The translations under genes were made by a program, and so were the position numbers. A DNA stretch of 64,000 nt. Source: an uncultured delta proteobacterium. Its GTDB lineage: Bacteria; Desulfobacterota; Syntrophia; Syntrophales; Fen-1087. The DNA lies in NCBI GenBank assembly GCA_963708515.1, contig CAVPSX010000012.1, positions 341,247 to 405,246 on the forward strand. The letters are read 5' to 3'. Positions within the stretch are counted from its first letter, which is position 1, and each line of letters starts with the position of its first letter. The notes under the pieces are model-generated. The model was not told the DNA's origin and made no database searches. It saw only the letters and a list, made by a program, of their open reading frames with translations. This document shows, one piece after another, positions 29,731 through 42,331 of the stretch.

Positions 29731-32310
29731 ATGAGGTTCGATAAATTTACCCTAAGAGTTCAGGAGGCGTTGCAAGCCGCGCAGGCTCTGGCGTCACAGC
29801 AGGGACACCAGGGGATTGAACCGGAGCATCTCCTGACGGCATTTCTTGAGCAACCGGAGGGGATTACAGGCGTCATCCTGAAAAAACTGGGCGCCGATCC
29901 CGGTCAGATTACCTCAGAACTCAAGAAAGCGCTTGGCAAACAACCCCGTGTCGAAGGCGCCGGCCTGGGGCAGCCGGGTATGACGGCGGGTTTGAATCGT
30001 GTTCTCGATCTGGCCATGACCGAAGCGGCTCGCCTGCGGGATGAATATGTCAGTGCCGAGCACGTCCTGATCGTTATTTCAGATGACAAGGATAGCCCCG
30101 CTGCTAGGATTCTGCGTGCAGCCGGTGTGACCAGGGACGGCATCTTCCGGGTTCTGGTCGATATTCGGGGGAATCAGCGAATCACCGATCCCAACCCCGA
30201 GGACAAATATCAGGCATTAAAGCGTTATGCAAGAGATTTCAATGAATTGGCCCGGAAAGGAACATTTGATCCGGTCATCGGCCGGGATGAGGAAATCCGG
30301 CGCGTCATGCAGGTCCTTTCCCGCAGGACAAAGAATAATCCGGCCCTGATCGGAGAACCTGGCGTTGGCAAAACGGCCATTGTGGAGGGGCTGGCTCAGA
30401 GAATCGTTAATGGCGACGTTCCGGAGAATCTCAAGAACAAACGTGTTGTGGCCCTCGATATCGGCGCCCTGGTGGCAGGCGCCAAGTACCGGGGTGAATT
30501 CGAAGACCGCCTGAAGGCCGTCCTTAAAGAAGTGACGGACGCCCAGGGGGAAATCATCCTGTTTATTGATGAGATTCACACGGTGGTCGGAGCCGGCGCT
30601 GCCGAAGGGTCGGTTGACGCCTCCAACATGCTGAAACCTGCCCTTGCACGGGGTGAATTGCGCTGCGTCGGCGCAACGACCCTCAACGAGTACCGGAAGT
30701 ATATTGAAAAGGATCCTGCTCTGGAGCGGCGTTTTCAGCCCATTGTGGTCAAGGAACCCTCTGTCGAGGATACGATCGCTATTCTTCGCGGCCTGAAGGA
30801 GCGCTACGAGGTTCATCACGGGGTAAGGATTAAGGATTCTGCCATCATTGCCGCAGCTACCCTCTCGAATCGCTATATCTCCGACCGTTTTCTTCCCGAT
30901 AAAGCTGTCGATCTGATTGACGAATCGGCTTCTCGCCTGAGGATCGAACTGGACAGCATGCCCGCCGAAATAGACGTCATTGACCGGAAAATCATCCAGA
31001 TGGAAATAGAAAAGCAGTCGCTCATCAAGGAAACGGATAAGACCTCCTGTCGAGAGACGCAGCAAGCTTGATCACGAACTGGCAGAACTCAGAGAATCCA
31101 TGGACCACATGAAACGCCAATGGACTATCCGAAAAGGAGGCGATAAAAAAAATTCAGGCGGTCAAGAGCCGCATTGAAGTCCTGCAAAACGGAGGAAATA
31201 AATGCCCAGCGGGAAGGGAATCTGGCTCGGGCAGCGGAGCTACGCTACGGTCAACTTGTTGAATTGAATAAAGAACTGGAAGCAGAACAGCTTAAGCTGA
31301 TGGAGGCCCAAAAGGATGAAAGAATGCTCAAGGAAGAGGTGGATGCAGAGGATGTGGCCGATGTCGTGGCCAACTGGACCGGCATCCCCGTGGCCCGTAT
31401 GCTGGAGAGCGATGTCCAGAAGCTGATCCACATGGAGGAAAGGCTCAAAGAGCGCGTGGTCGGCCAGGCAGAGGGAATCGCAGCCGTTTCCAGTGCGTTG
31501 CGCAGAGCCCGGTCCGGGCTGCAGGACCCGAACCGCCCCATCGGTTCATTTATCTTTTTGGGTCCCACAGGCGTTGGAAAAACAGAACTCGCCCGGGCGC
31601 TTGCCGAATTCATGTTTGACTCTGAACAGGCCATGATCCGGATCGATATGTCGGAATATCATGGAAAAACACGCCGTGGCCCGCCTGATCGGGGCGCCTC
31701 CGGGATATGTCGGCTATGATGAGGGCGGATATCTGACCGAAACGGTCCGACGAAAGCCCTATGCGGTCATTCTGTTTGACGAGATCGAAAAAGCCCACCA
31801 TGACGTATTCAACATTCTGCTGCAGATCCTCGACGACGGACGCCTGACCGACGGTCACGGACGGACGGTGGATTTCAAACATGCCATTGTGATCATGACC
31901 TCCAACATTGGCAGCCACTTCATGCAGGACACGGCCATCGATGACGAGGAAAGAAGAGCACGAACCATGGAAATGTTGCGGGCCGGTTTCAAGCCGGAAT
32001 TTCTCAACCGGATCGATGATATCATCACCTTCAGAGCCCTGGACATGGACGACATTGATCGGATATCTGGATCATCCAGTTGGATCTGATCCAGAAACGG
32101 TTGTCGGAGCGGAAAATAACGCTGACATTGACAGAGAAGGCAAAAAAATATATAGCGAAAATCGCCTATAGCCCGATTTATGGAGCAAGACCGTTAAAAC
32201 GGGCATTGCAGAAGATGATTCTGGATGACCTGTCCATGCTGATGTTGGATGGTACATTCGCTGACGGGGATAGCATCCGGGTTGATCTGTCCAAAAAGCG
32301 GTGTCCTTAA
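29731..32310 (+). pseudogene. clpB: Chaperone ClpB, interrupted by about 5 frameshifts in this sequence
   Basis: All ClpB segments are present in order but spread over four ORFs plus a short unlisted bridging frame: the N-domain, NBD1 ([15 protein letters not shown]), the M-domain, NBD2 ([15 protein letters not shown]; MSEY|[19 protein letters not shown]) and the C-terminus (YGARPLKRALQ). Frame changes occur near 31048, 31130, 31187, 31660 and 32065. Confidence 0.9.
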
Positions 32311-32426
32311 TTTTCAGAAAATCAATAAAATGTAGAATTTACATAAATATCTTGAGCTTACCTCCACCAAATAAGGAAAATTACAGACTGATCAAAAGTA
32401 TACAATCCGCATAAGAGGAGGAAAAA

Positions 32427-32855
32427 ATGGAAGAAAAGAAAGACAAATCCTTTATCATCCGCGACAGACGGATTTTTGGTGAAACAGGGGACCTGCGTCA
32501 AGACGGCGAATCTCAGCCGGAAGCAAACCCCGTCGAAACGCAGGATGAACCCGAACGGCGGCCTCCCGTGACGGAATCACTGGAATCTGAGCGTGAAGAA
32601 GCCTTCCCGGAGGTGAGTTTTGTCAATTTTATCTTATCATTGAGCACCACGGCCATGTATCATTTCGGAGATTTTCCCGATCCGGTATCCCAGAAGGCTC
32701 AAAGAAACCTGACTGCAGCCAAGCAGACCATCGATATTCTCGGCATGCTCAGATCCAAAACGGAGGGGAATCTCGATAACAATGAAAAATCCCTGATAGA
32801 CGGACTTCTGTTTGAGTTGAGGATGCGCTATGTCAAAGAAAAGGAGCATCCATGA
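32427..32855 (+). CDS. DUF1844-like protein
   Basis: The region FVNFILSLSTTAMYHFG...AKQTIDILGMLRSKTEGNLDNNEKSLIDGLLFELRMRY matches the DUF1844 pattern. The ORF is intact and its stop overlaps the ispE start (ATGA). Confidence 0.65.
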   Translation: MEEKKDKSFIIRDRRIFGETGDLRQDGESQPEANPVETQDEPERRPPVTESLESEREEAFPEVSFVNFILSLSTTAMYHFGDFPDPVSQKAQRNLTAAKQTIDILGMLRSKTEGNLDNNEKSLIDGLLFELRMRYVKEKEHP

Positions 32856-33695
32856 TCCGGAAACTATCGCCGGCCAAGGTCAACCTCTATCTGCGCGTCC
32901 TGCGCAAACGCCGGGACGGTTATCATGATATTGCCAGTCTCATGCAGCGGATCAGTCTCTGCGATGAAATGATATTCAGACCGGCAGCGGAGGGGATCCG
33001 GGTCCGATGCCCCGGCAGTTCCCTGCCCGAAAATGAGGGAAATATCGTTTTCCGGGCAGCGGAAGCCTTCTTTCACAGGCCGACCACGCAAATCAAGGCA
33101 TTGATATCACGATCAATAAAATAATCCCCGTCGCCGCCGGTCTGGGCGGAGGCAGCTCCAATGCGGCGACGACACTCATGACCTTGAACGAGATCTTCGG
33201 ATGTCATTACTCAACGGATGATCTCATGAAGATCGGGGTCACGCTGGGGGCGGATGTCCCCTTTTTTATTTTTGCAAAAACGGCATGGGCCTTCGGCATC
33301 GGTGAGCGCCTCCAGGTTGCCGCAGGCATCCCACTCCTTCTCGCTGCTCCTCGTTAATCCCCGCTTTGAACTCTCCACAAAATTGATTTATCAAAATCTT
33401 AATTTTAAATTGACAAACAAAAGAATTCGTTATAGCATCCCGCGATTTTTGACGGTCCATGACTTGGCAAAAGGGCTATTGAACGATCTGGAGAACCGTT
33501 TCGATCAGAATACATCCCGTGCTGGCGGATATTAAAGAATCATCTGATGCAATGCGGCGCCCTTGGGCGCTCTTATGTCCGGCAGCGGGCCCACCGTCTT
33601 CGGTCTTTTTGAAAAGGAATGAACAGGCCATCGCCGCCGAAAAAGCGTTGGCCGGCATGAGCGGCTGGTCTTTATTCAGAGCGGCGTCCATCTGA
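32852..33695 (+). pseudogene. ispE: 4-diphosphocytidyl-2-C-methyl-D-erythritol kinase, interrupted by about 6 frameshifts in this sequence
   Basis: IspE segments are recoverable across three frames: SPAKVNLYLRVL..RDGYHD; [17 protein letters not shown]; GADVPFF; [12 protein letters not shown]; NDLE; HPVLADIK; MSGSGPTVFGLF. Frame changes occur near 33097, 33330 and four times within 33500-33625. Confidence 0.85.
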
Positions 33696-33753
33696 CTTTC
33701 CTGATCATCCCTTGCGAAGATCCGGTTGAGCAATGCTCATATCAGAAGGCTTT

Positions 33754-33828
33754 TGGGGCGTCGTCAAGCGGTAAGACACAAGGTTTTGGTCCTTGCATTC
33801 GGGGGTTCGAATCCTCCCGCCCCAGCCA
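33754..33828 (+). tRNA. tRNA-Gln (anticodon UUG), CCA encoded
   Basis: Acceptor stem TGGGGCG/CGCCCCA, anticodon stem CAAGG/CCTTG with loop TTTTGGT, T-arm GGGGGTTCGAATCCTCC, and discriminator G plus CCA. Confidence 0.95.
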
Positions 33829-33862
33829 ATAGAAACATGGCGGCAGCCATGAGAGGAATTCA

Positions 33863-34805
33863 ATGCTTGAAAGAATCCGAGTTTTTTCGGGAAATTCAAA
33901 TGTAGTCCTGGCGGAAAAGATCTGCGAGCAATCTGGGCGTTCCCCTGGGAAAAGCCAGCGTGACCACCTTCAGCGACGGCGAGACCCGGGTGGAAATCAA
34001 CGAAAATGTCAGAGGCATGGATGTTTTCATTATCCAGTCCAGCTGCCCGCCCGTCAATGTCACGCTCATGGAACTGCTGATCATGATCGATGCCATGAAG
34101 CGGGCATCGGCAGACCGCATCACGGCCGTCATTCCCTATTACGGTTATGCCCGCCAGGATCGAAAAGTGGCGCCGCGGGCTCCCATTACGGCAAAGCTGA
34201 TCGCCGACCTGATCACGACGGCCGGCGCCCATCGCGTTCTGTCGATGGACCTTCACGCCGGTCAGATCCAGGGATTCTTCAACATTCCCGTGGATAATCT
34301 TTTCGCCACGCCGGTCCTTTTAGAATACATGAAAAAGAATTTTCAAAATGATATCGTTATCGTTTCTCCCGATACCGGTGGCGTGGAGCGGGCACGGGCC
34401 TTTGCATCACGCCTCGGGGCGAATCTTGCCATCATCGACAAACGCCGCGAAGGGCCGAACGAAGCACAGGTCATGAATATCATCGGCCATGTCAGAGATA
34501 AAAAGGTCATCATTCTGGATGACATGATCGATACGGCGGGAACGGTTGTCAGTGCCGTCTCCGCGTTGAAAGAGGCCGGCGCCGTTGAGGTATCCGTCTG
34601 CGCCACGCATCCGGTGCTTTCCGGACCGGCCATTGAAAGGCTTGAAAAATCCGACATCAAAGAGGTGATTGTAACGGACACGATTCCCATGAATGATGCG
34701 GCGCTGGCCTGCAAATGTATCAAGGTGCTCTCTGTTGCTTCATTGCTCAGCGAAGCGGTGAGGCGAATTTACTATAATGATTCCATAAGCTCATTATTCA
34801 TATAG
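33863..34805 (+). pseudogene. prs: Ribose-phosphate pyrophosphokinase, one frameshift near 33931
   Basis: The N-terminus [23 protein letters not shown] is in one frame and (LGVPLGKAS)[27 protein letters not shown]... continues in the next. Removing one base at about 33931 restores a canonical Prs. Confidence 0.9.
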
Positions 34806-34814
34806 GAGGATTGG

Positions 34815-35468
34815 ATGGAGGCGATTGCATTAAACGCCCTTATTCGCAAGGAAACCGGCAAGGGCCCGGCCCGAAGATTGAGAATGGCGGGAGGCGTACC
34901 GGCCGTATTTTACGGCCCCCATGCGGAGGCGATGCTTTTATCCGTCAATGCGTCGGATTTGCTCAAATTGCTGAGGAAGCGCGAAGAAAATGTGTTCATC
35001 CGCCTGATGATCGACGATGGCGACAAGAAGTATGAAAAAATGTCCATAGTCAGGGAAGTCCAGATGGAACCCGTTTCCAGGCGCTTCTATCATGCGGATT
35101 TTTACGAAATCAGCATGGACCGCCCGTTCACGTTCGATGTCCGTATTCATTTTAACGGCATACCGGCAGGGGTCGGCATCGGCGGTGAGCTGCAGCATGT
35201 GAAGCGTGAGCTCAAAGTGTCCTGCATTCCGACGAAACTTCCAGATTTTATCGCGGTGGACATCAGCGGCCTTAATATCGGAGATCAATTCAGAGTGAGC
35301 GATATCAAGGGGATGGATGACCTTACGCTGCTTGATGCCGGTGAGATCGTCATTGCCTCCATTTCAGCGCCGAGAGCAGCGGCTGTCAAAACCGAAGCGG
35401 AAGAGCCTGAAGCACCGGCCGAACCGGAGGTCGTCGGCCGAAAAGGTGCAAAAAGCGAGAGCGCATAA
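34815..35468 (+). CDS. rplY: 50S ribosomal protein L25 / general stress protein Ctc
   Basis: The N-terminus reads RKETGKGPARRLRMAGGVPAVFYG. It is the long Ctc form with an acidic, alanine-rich tail. Confidence 0.9.
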   Translation: MEAIALNALIRKETGKGPARRLRMAGGVPAVFYGPHAEAMLLSVNASDLLKLLRKREENVFIRLMIDDGDKKYEKMSIVREVQMEPVSRRFYHADFYEISMDRPFTFDVRIHFNGIPAGVGIGGELQHVKRELKVSCIPTKLPDFIAVDISGLNIGDQFRVSDIKGMDDLTLLDAGEIVIASISAPRAAAVKTEAEEPEAPAEPEVVGRKGAKSESA

Positions 35469-35510
35469 AGTACGCGACACTCAGGAGGAACAAGCGAGAG
35501 GATCACTGTT

Positions 35511-36101
35511 GTGAAACTGATCGCCGGTCTCGGAAATCCGGGAAGCAGATATCGGTTCAGCCGCCACAACATGGGCTTCCTGGTTCTGGATCGGCTGGCT
35601 GACCAGTATCAGATCAACATAGGTCAGCGGGGATTCGGCGCCTTTTTCGGAAAGGGAAGCATATCCGGTGATCCCGTCCTGCTCGTCAAGCCGCAGGATT
35701 ACATGAACCTGAGCGGCGGTCCAGTGAAAAAGTTCTTTGATTATTTCAGAATTGCTCTTGAGGATGTCATAGTCGTTCATGATGACCTGGACCTGCCATT
35801 CGGAACCATACGTATGAAGACCGGCGGCGGTCATGGAGGGCACAAGGGGTTGATCTCTATCATCGACCACCTGGGCGATGCGGATTTTAACCGGGTCAGG
35901 CTTGGCATCGGCAAACCTGAACGTAAGGAAATGGTGGATAGCTATGTACTTTCACCTTTTTCTGCAGAAGAGGCGGATCGATTGCCGCCCGTGATTGACA
36001 CTGCGGCTGAAATGCTGGGAGAAATGCTTTCTTCAGGGATTCAGGCGGCTATGAGCAAGTATCATGGTAAAACCATAAATAATTTTAAAGAGGAGGTTTA
36101 A
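35511..36101 (+). CDS. pth: Peptidyl-tRNA hydrolase
   Basis: GTG start, with KLIAGLGNPGSRYRFSRHNMGF and HDDLDLPFGTIRMK..GGHGGHKG. The ispE-prs-ctc-pth synteny is conserved. Confidence 0.95.
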   Translation: MKLIAGLGNPGSRYRFSRHNMGFLVLDRLADQYQINIGQRGFGAFFGKGSISGDPVLLVKPQDYMNLSGGPVKKFFDYFRIALEDVIVVHDDLDLPFGTIRMKTGGGHGGHKGLISIIDHLGDADFNRVRLGIGKPERKEMVDSYVLSPFSAEEADRLPPVIDTAAEMLGEMLSSGIQAAMSKYHGKTINNFKEEV

Positions 36102-36103
36102 TT

Positions 36104-38545
<2,442 letters not shown>

Positions 38546-38582
38546 CATTTGCCCTGCATTAATCAGGAAAGATTCATTAAAA

Positions 38583-38614
38583 AAGCGCTTCCTTAACGGG
38601 AGGCGCTTTTTTAA
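38583..38614 (+). terminator. Rho-independent terminator after hppA
   Basis: AGCGCTTCC-TTAAC-GGGAGGCGCT stem (9 bp including one G-U pair), followed by TTTTTT. Confidence 0.7.
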
Positions 38615-38670
38615 TGACCTTGACATCTCCGCAAAAAATCTTTATTTCAACACCGGAGAGCTTTGCATAA

Positions 38671-38826
38671 CCGGTGAAAAATGGTTCGCAAGCGGCGAAT
38701 GAAAGTTTTTTCGCATTTCCAGAAATTAGACTAATTTACTGATTTCAAACATATTTGAGCATCATAGTATTTCAAGCGAAAAAATTTTGAGCCGCGGCGA
38801 AGCCATTTTTCAAAGGTCTGCACCGG
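38671..38826. repeat. About 155-bp imperfect palindromic (MITE-like) element
   Basis: The arms CCGGTG..GAAAAATGGTTCGCAAGCGGC..AAAGTTTTTTCGC and GCGAAAAAATTTT..GCCGCGGCGAAGCCATTTTTC..CACCGG are reverse complements (about 45 nt, imperfect). They flank a roughly 60-nt AT-rich centre. Confidence 0.6.
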
Positions 38827-38924
38827 TGGATACGGAATTGCGGCGTCTGCCGTTTCATCAAGATTTATTAATAAATATATTCCAGGCATGCTGAACCGAA
38901 TCCATCCGGAGAAATGGTTTTTTT

Positions 38925-40016
38925 ATGGGTTTTTGTTGCGGCATTATCGGACTTCCCAATGTGGGGAAATCGACGATTTTTAACGCCCTGACGGCTGCCG
39001 GCGCCGAGGTGGCCAATTATCCCTTCTGCACCATCGATCCCAATATCGGCATTGTCCCTGTTCCGGACGAGCGGCTCGAAAAAATTGCGGCGATCGTCAA
39101 GCCTCCGAAAATCACGCATACCATGATCGAATTCCTTGATATTGCCGGGCTTGTGAAAGGCGCCAGCCGGGGTGAAGGCCTCGGGAACCGTTTTCTCGCT
39201 CATATCCGTGAAGTGGATGCCCTTCTGCACATTGTCCGCTGCTTTGATGATCCCAATATTGTTCATGTGGGCGGCTCGATCGATCCGGTCCGGGACATCG
39301 ACGTCATCAACACTGAGCTGATCCTGGCGGATCTGGAAACCATTGAAAAAAGGATTGAAAGAACGGAAAAACTGCTGAGAGCGGGCGACAAGTCCCTCCG
39401 CAAGGCTTTGGATGTCTATGCGCAATGCCGGGATGCGCTGGGGCGGGGCCTTGCGGTCAGAAATGTCCCGCTGGCCGATGGCAAAAACATTCTCGATGAA
39501 CTGGGTTTATTGACAGCCAAAAATACCCTGTACGTGGCCAACGTCAGCGAGGCCGTCCTGAAGGGAAAATCGGATTATGTACAGCGGGTTGAAGAAACAG
39601 CAAAGCGCCAGGAGGCAAAGGTCATCGTGATCTGCGGAGACATGGAAGCGGAGATGACAACGCTTGCAATAGAGGAACGTCAGGCTTTTCTTGAAGACCT
39701 GGGATTGCACGAATCAGGACTCCATCAACTGATCCGGACGGGTTATGAACTGCTGGGTCTGATTACTTTTTATACGACGGTTGGTCCGGAACTGCGCGCC
39801 TGGACGATCCCCTCCGGAACAAAGGCCCCGGTCGCCGCCGGAAAGATCCACAGCGACATGGAAAAAGGATTCATCCGGGCGGAAATCCTCCATTATAATG
39901 ATTTTATAAAAGCAGGGGGGCTGCCCCAGGCCAGGGAAAAGGGACTGCTGCACATCGAGGGCAAGGATTATGAGATCCGTGACGGAGATATTGTTCTGTT
40001 TCGTTTCAATGTGTAA
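38925..40016 (+). CDS. ychF: Redox-regulated ribosome-binding ATPase YchF
   Basis: Contains GIIGLPNVGKSTIFNALT and NTELILADLE, plus a C-terminal TGS-like region (FIRAEI...GKDYEIRDGDIVLFRFNV). Confidence 0.95.
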   Translation: MGFCCGIIGLPNVGKSTIFNALTAAGAEVANYPFCTIDPNIGIVPVPDERLEKIAAIVKPPKITHTMIEFLDIAGLVKGASRGEGLGNRFLAHIREVDALLHIVRCFDDPNIVHVGGSIDPVRDIDVINTELILADLETIEKRIERTEKLLRAGDKSLRKALDVYAQCRDALGRGLAVRNVPLADGKNILDELGLLTAKNTLYVANVSEAVLKGKSDYVQRVEETAKRQEAKVIVICGDMEAEMTTLAIEERQAFLEDLGLHESGLHQLIRTGYELLGLITFYTTVGPELRAWTIPSGTKAPVAAGKIHSDMEKGFIRAEILHYNDFIKAGGLPQAREKGLLHIEGKDYEIRDGDIVLFRFNV

Positions 40017-40060
40017 AAGGAGTCGTAGAACGAATTTCCGACAGATATGAGCGGTCGCCA

Positions 40061-42271
40061 ATGAATTCCAGCAACAACTCCCGGTGGTTGATCATAGCCG
40101 CCGTGGCATCCTTCTTCATAATCATCATCATAACCGCTTTTTCGTTCCGGGATCAATGGCCATTGGATCAAAGGGTTTTTGTGGTCGGCATTCTGGGCAT
40201 CGCAGTCGGTTTGCTGGCCGCTCTGGGTTTGGCCATGCACGTCATGATTCATCGCTACATCCGCCCTCTGAGGAAAATTGCCGAGGAAACCAACCTGATC
40301 ACATCGGTCAATCCGTCACACCGCATTGACATTAAAGGCGGAAAGGAAGTCCTGCGTCTCGCTCAAGTCATTAATGAAAAAGCGGACCGCTTCGAGGAAC
40401 TGCAAAAAGATGTATGGCGTAAGATTGAGCTTGCCACGGCGCAGTCCGAGGAGGAAAAGAATATCCTTGCGGCCATCGTGTCGGAACTACCGGAAGGGAT
40501 ATTGATCTGTAACGCGGAAGGCCAGATCCTTTTATACAACAAACAAGCCAGGCGCTATCTTGAAGGCGACGAGCAGAGAACTTTTCCCGACCTTGATTCA
40601 AACCACTCTGCAACCGGCGCCGGGAATCCCTTCATCGGCCTGGGACGATCCGTGTTTGGTGTGATTGACAAGAACCTCATTGTCCCTGCCCTTGACGAGA
40701 TAGCGGGCAAACTGGAACGCAGGGAAGTACAGGCAACGGCTCATTTTATCACGCCGGGGGCCCAAACCAGTCTGCTGCGTACGGAAGCGGTCCCGATCCT
40801 GAGCCATATCGGGCATCTCACAGGATTTGTCCTGATATTCCAGGATATTATAAAACAGATCGAAACTGGCAGCCATTGGAGTTTTCTGCTGCAATCTCTG
40901 GCAAAGGGCATCCGTCCTTCCCTGGCAAATATCAGGACAGCCATTGAAGCCGTCCTCGAACACCCGGATATGGACCCTTCACAACTGGATGGCTTCAAAA
41001 ATATCATACACAAAGAATCCTTAAAATCAGGCGCCACCCTGGATGAGATGGTTTTTGATTATTCCGGCCATACCGGCGCCGGACGGCCTCTTGTGCGGAT
41101 GCTCGGCAAGGATCTGCTGGAGACGATAAAAAGAAGGGCTGAAGACCGTTTCGGCATTGCTGTGAAAATTGTCTACTCTGCCGACCCCAACTGGATTAAA
41201 GTTGATGCTTATTCCATCGTCCTGGCCATTCTCTTTGTACTGAACCGGCTGCGGCGCGAGACCAAAGCCGATGAATTTACCTGCAAACTGGAAAGAGAGG
41301 GGAAATTCGCAAACCTTGATCTGATTTGGCAGGGGAAACCATTAAAAATCCAGACCCTGCGTGAATGGGAGACAGAGGCGGTCATGGTCGAAAAAGAGGG
41401 TATCCCGTCAACCCTCAGAGAGGTTATTGCGCATCACGGCGCAAAGATGTGGCCGGCGATTCTGAGGCAAACCGCCGGTAATAACCGTCCGGGAATATGG
41501 CCCCGCTCTTATGAGATGTCGCAGGATAAGTCCGGACTTCGTTTGTTTTTCCCGGATGTTGAAATGCCCGAACCGGATACGCTCCGAAAGATCATGGTCG
41601 TACCGGAAAGCCGGCCGGCGTTCTATGATTTTGACCTTTTCAGCCAAGCCGGCCAGACGCCTGAACTGGACAACCGCCCGTTAACGGAGCTGACTTGCAC
41701 CGTCTTCGATACGGAAGCTACGGGATTATTTCCACAAGTGGGAGATGAAATCATCTCCATCGGCGCCGTGCGCATCGTCAACGGCCGCTTGCTGCGCGAA
41801 GAGCAATTCGATCAACTGGTCAATCCGCAACGGGGTTACTGGCAACAATCCATACCCATCCATGGCATTCAGCCCGAAATGCTTGAAGATCAGCCTGCCA
41901 TCGACAAGGTGCTCCCCCTGTTCCACCGATTTGCCGAAGATAGCATTCTCGTCGCCCATAATGCGGCCTTCGATATGAACCTGCTCCGGATGAAAGAGGC
42001 CGTCTCCGGCGTGAAATTCATCAATCCCGTACTGGACACCCTGCTGCTTTCGGCGGTGGTTCATCCCGCCCAGAACCATCACACGCTGGAGGCGATTGCC
42101 GAGCGCCTTGGCGTCAGTATCGTGGGCAGACATACCGCGCTGGGAGATGCGCTGGCAACCGGAGAGATATTCCTGAAGCTGATTCCGCTGTTGGCACAAA
42201 TGGGCATACACACCCTGGGAGCGGCCCGACTGGCTTCTCAAAAGACCTACTATGCCCGTTTCAAGTATTGA
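40061..42271 (+). CDS. Membrane sensor (TM-HAMP-PAS-like, degenerate histidine-kinase-like core) fused to a DEDDh 3'-5' exonuclease (DnaQ/epsilon-like) domain
   Basis: Two N-terminal hydrophobic helices and a HAMP-like linker (IRPLRKIAEETNLI...). The HisKA-like helix SLAKGIRPSLANIRTAIEAVL has K where the phosphoacceptor H is expected. The exonuclease motifs are FDTEATG, HNAAFD and HTALGDALATGE. Confidence 0.75.
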   Translation: MNSSNNSRWLIIAAVASFFIIIIITAFSFRDQWPLDQRVFVVGILGIAVGLLAALGLAMHVMIHRYIRPLRKIAEETNLITSVNPSHRIDIKGGKEVLRLAQVINEKADRFEELQKDVWRKIELATAQSEEEKNILAAIVSELPEGILICNAEGQILLYNKQARRYLEGDEQRTFPDLDSNHSATGAGNPFIGLGRSVFGVIDKNLIVPALDEIAGKLERREVQATAHFITPGAQTSLLRTEAVPILSHIGHLTGFVLIFQDIIKQIETGSHWSFLLQSLAKGIRPSLANIRTAIEAVLEHPDMDPSQLDGFKNIIHKESLKSGATLDEMVFDYSGHTGAGRPLVRMLGKDLLETIKRRAEDRFGIAVKIVYSADPNWIKVDAYSIVLAILFVLNRLRRETKADEFTCKLEREGKFANLDLIWQGKPLKIQTLREWETEAVMVEKEGIPSTLREVIAHHGAKMWPAILRQTAGNNRPGIWPRSYEMSQDKSGLRLFFPDVEMPEPDTLRKIMVVPESRPAFYDFDLFSQAGQTPELDNRPLTELTCTVFDTEATGLFPQVGDEIISIGAVRIVNGRLLREEQFDQLVNPQRGYWQQSIPIHGIQPEMLEDQPAIDKVLPLFHRFAEDSILVAHNAAFDMNLLRMKEAVSGVKFINPVLDTLLLSAVVHPAQNHHTLEAIAERLGVSIVGRHTALGDALATGEIFLKLIPLLAQMGIHTLGAARLASQKTYYARFKY

Positions 42272-42331
42272 TTAAAATGGTATCGCTATGGCACTCAAAG
42301 CCGCATATCTAAAACAGCAAGGAGACTGATC

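Noticed and set aside
31040-33935. Programmed ribosomal frameshifting or transcriptional slippage as the explanation for the split clpB, ispE and prs genes.
   Set aside because: There are about 12 separate frame changes in both directions, mostly without slippery heptamers or long homopolymers. No known programmed frameshift exists in these families. Sequence error or real decay is far more parsimonious.
33705-34256. A 183-aa minus-strand ORF spanning tRNA-Gln and the 5' part of prs.
   Set aside because: It overlaps a textbook tRNA and the Prs coding sequence on the opposite strand, and it has no motif support.
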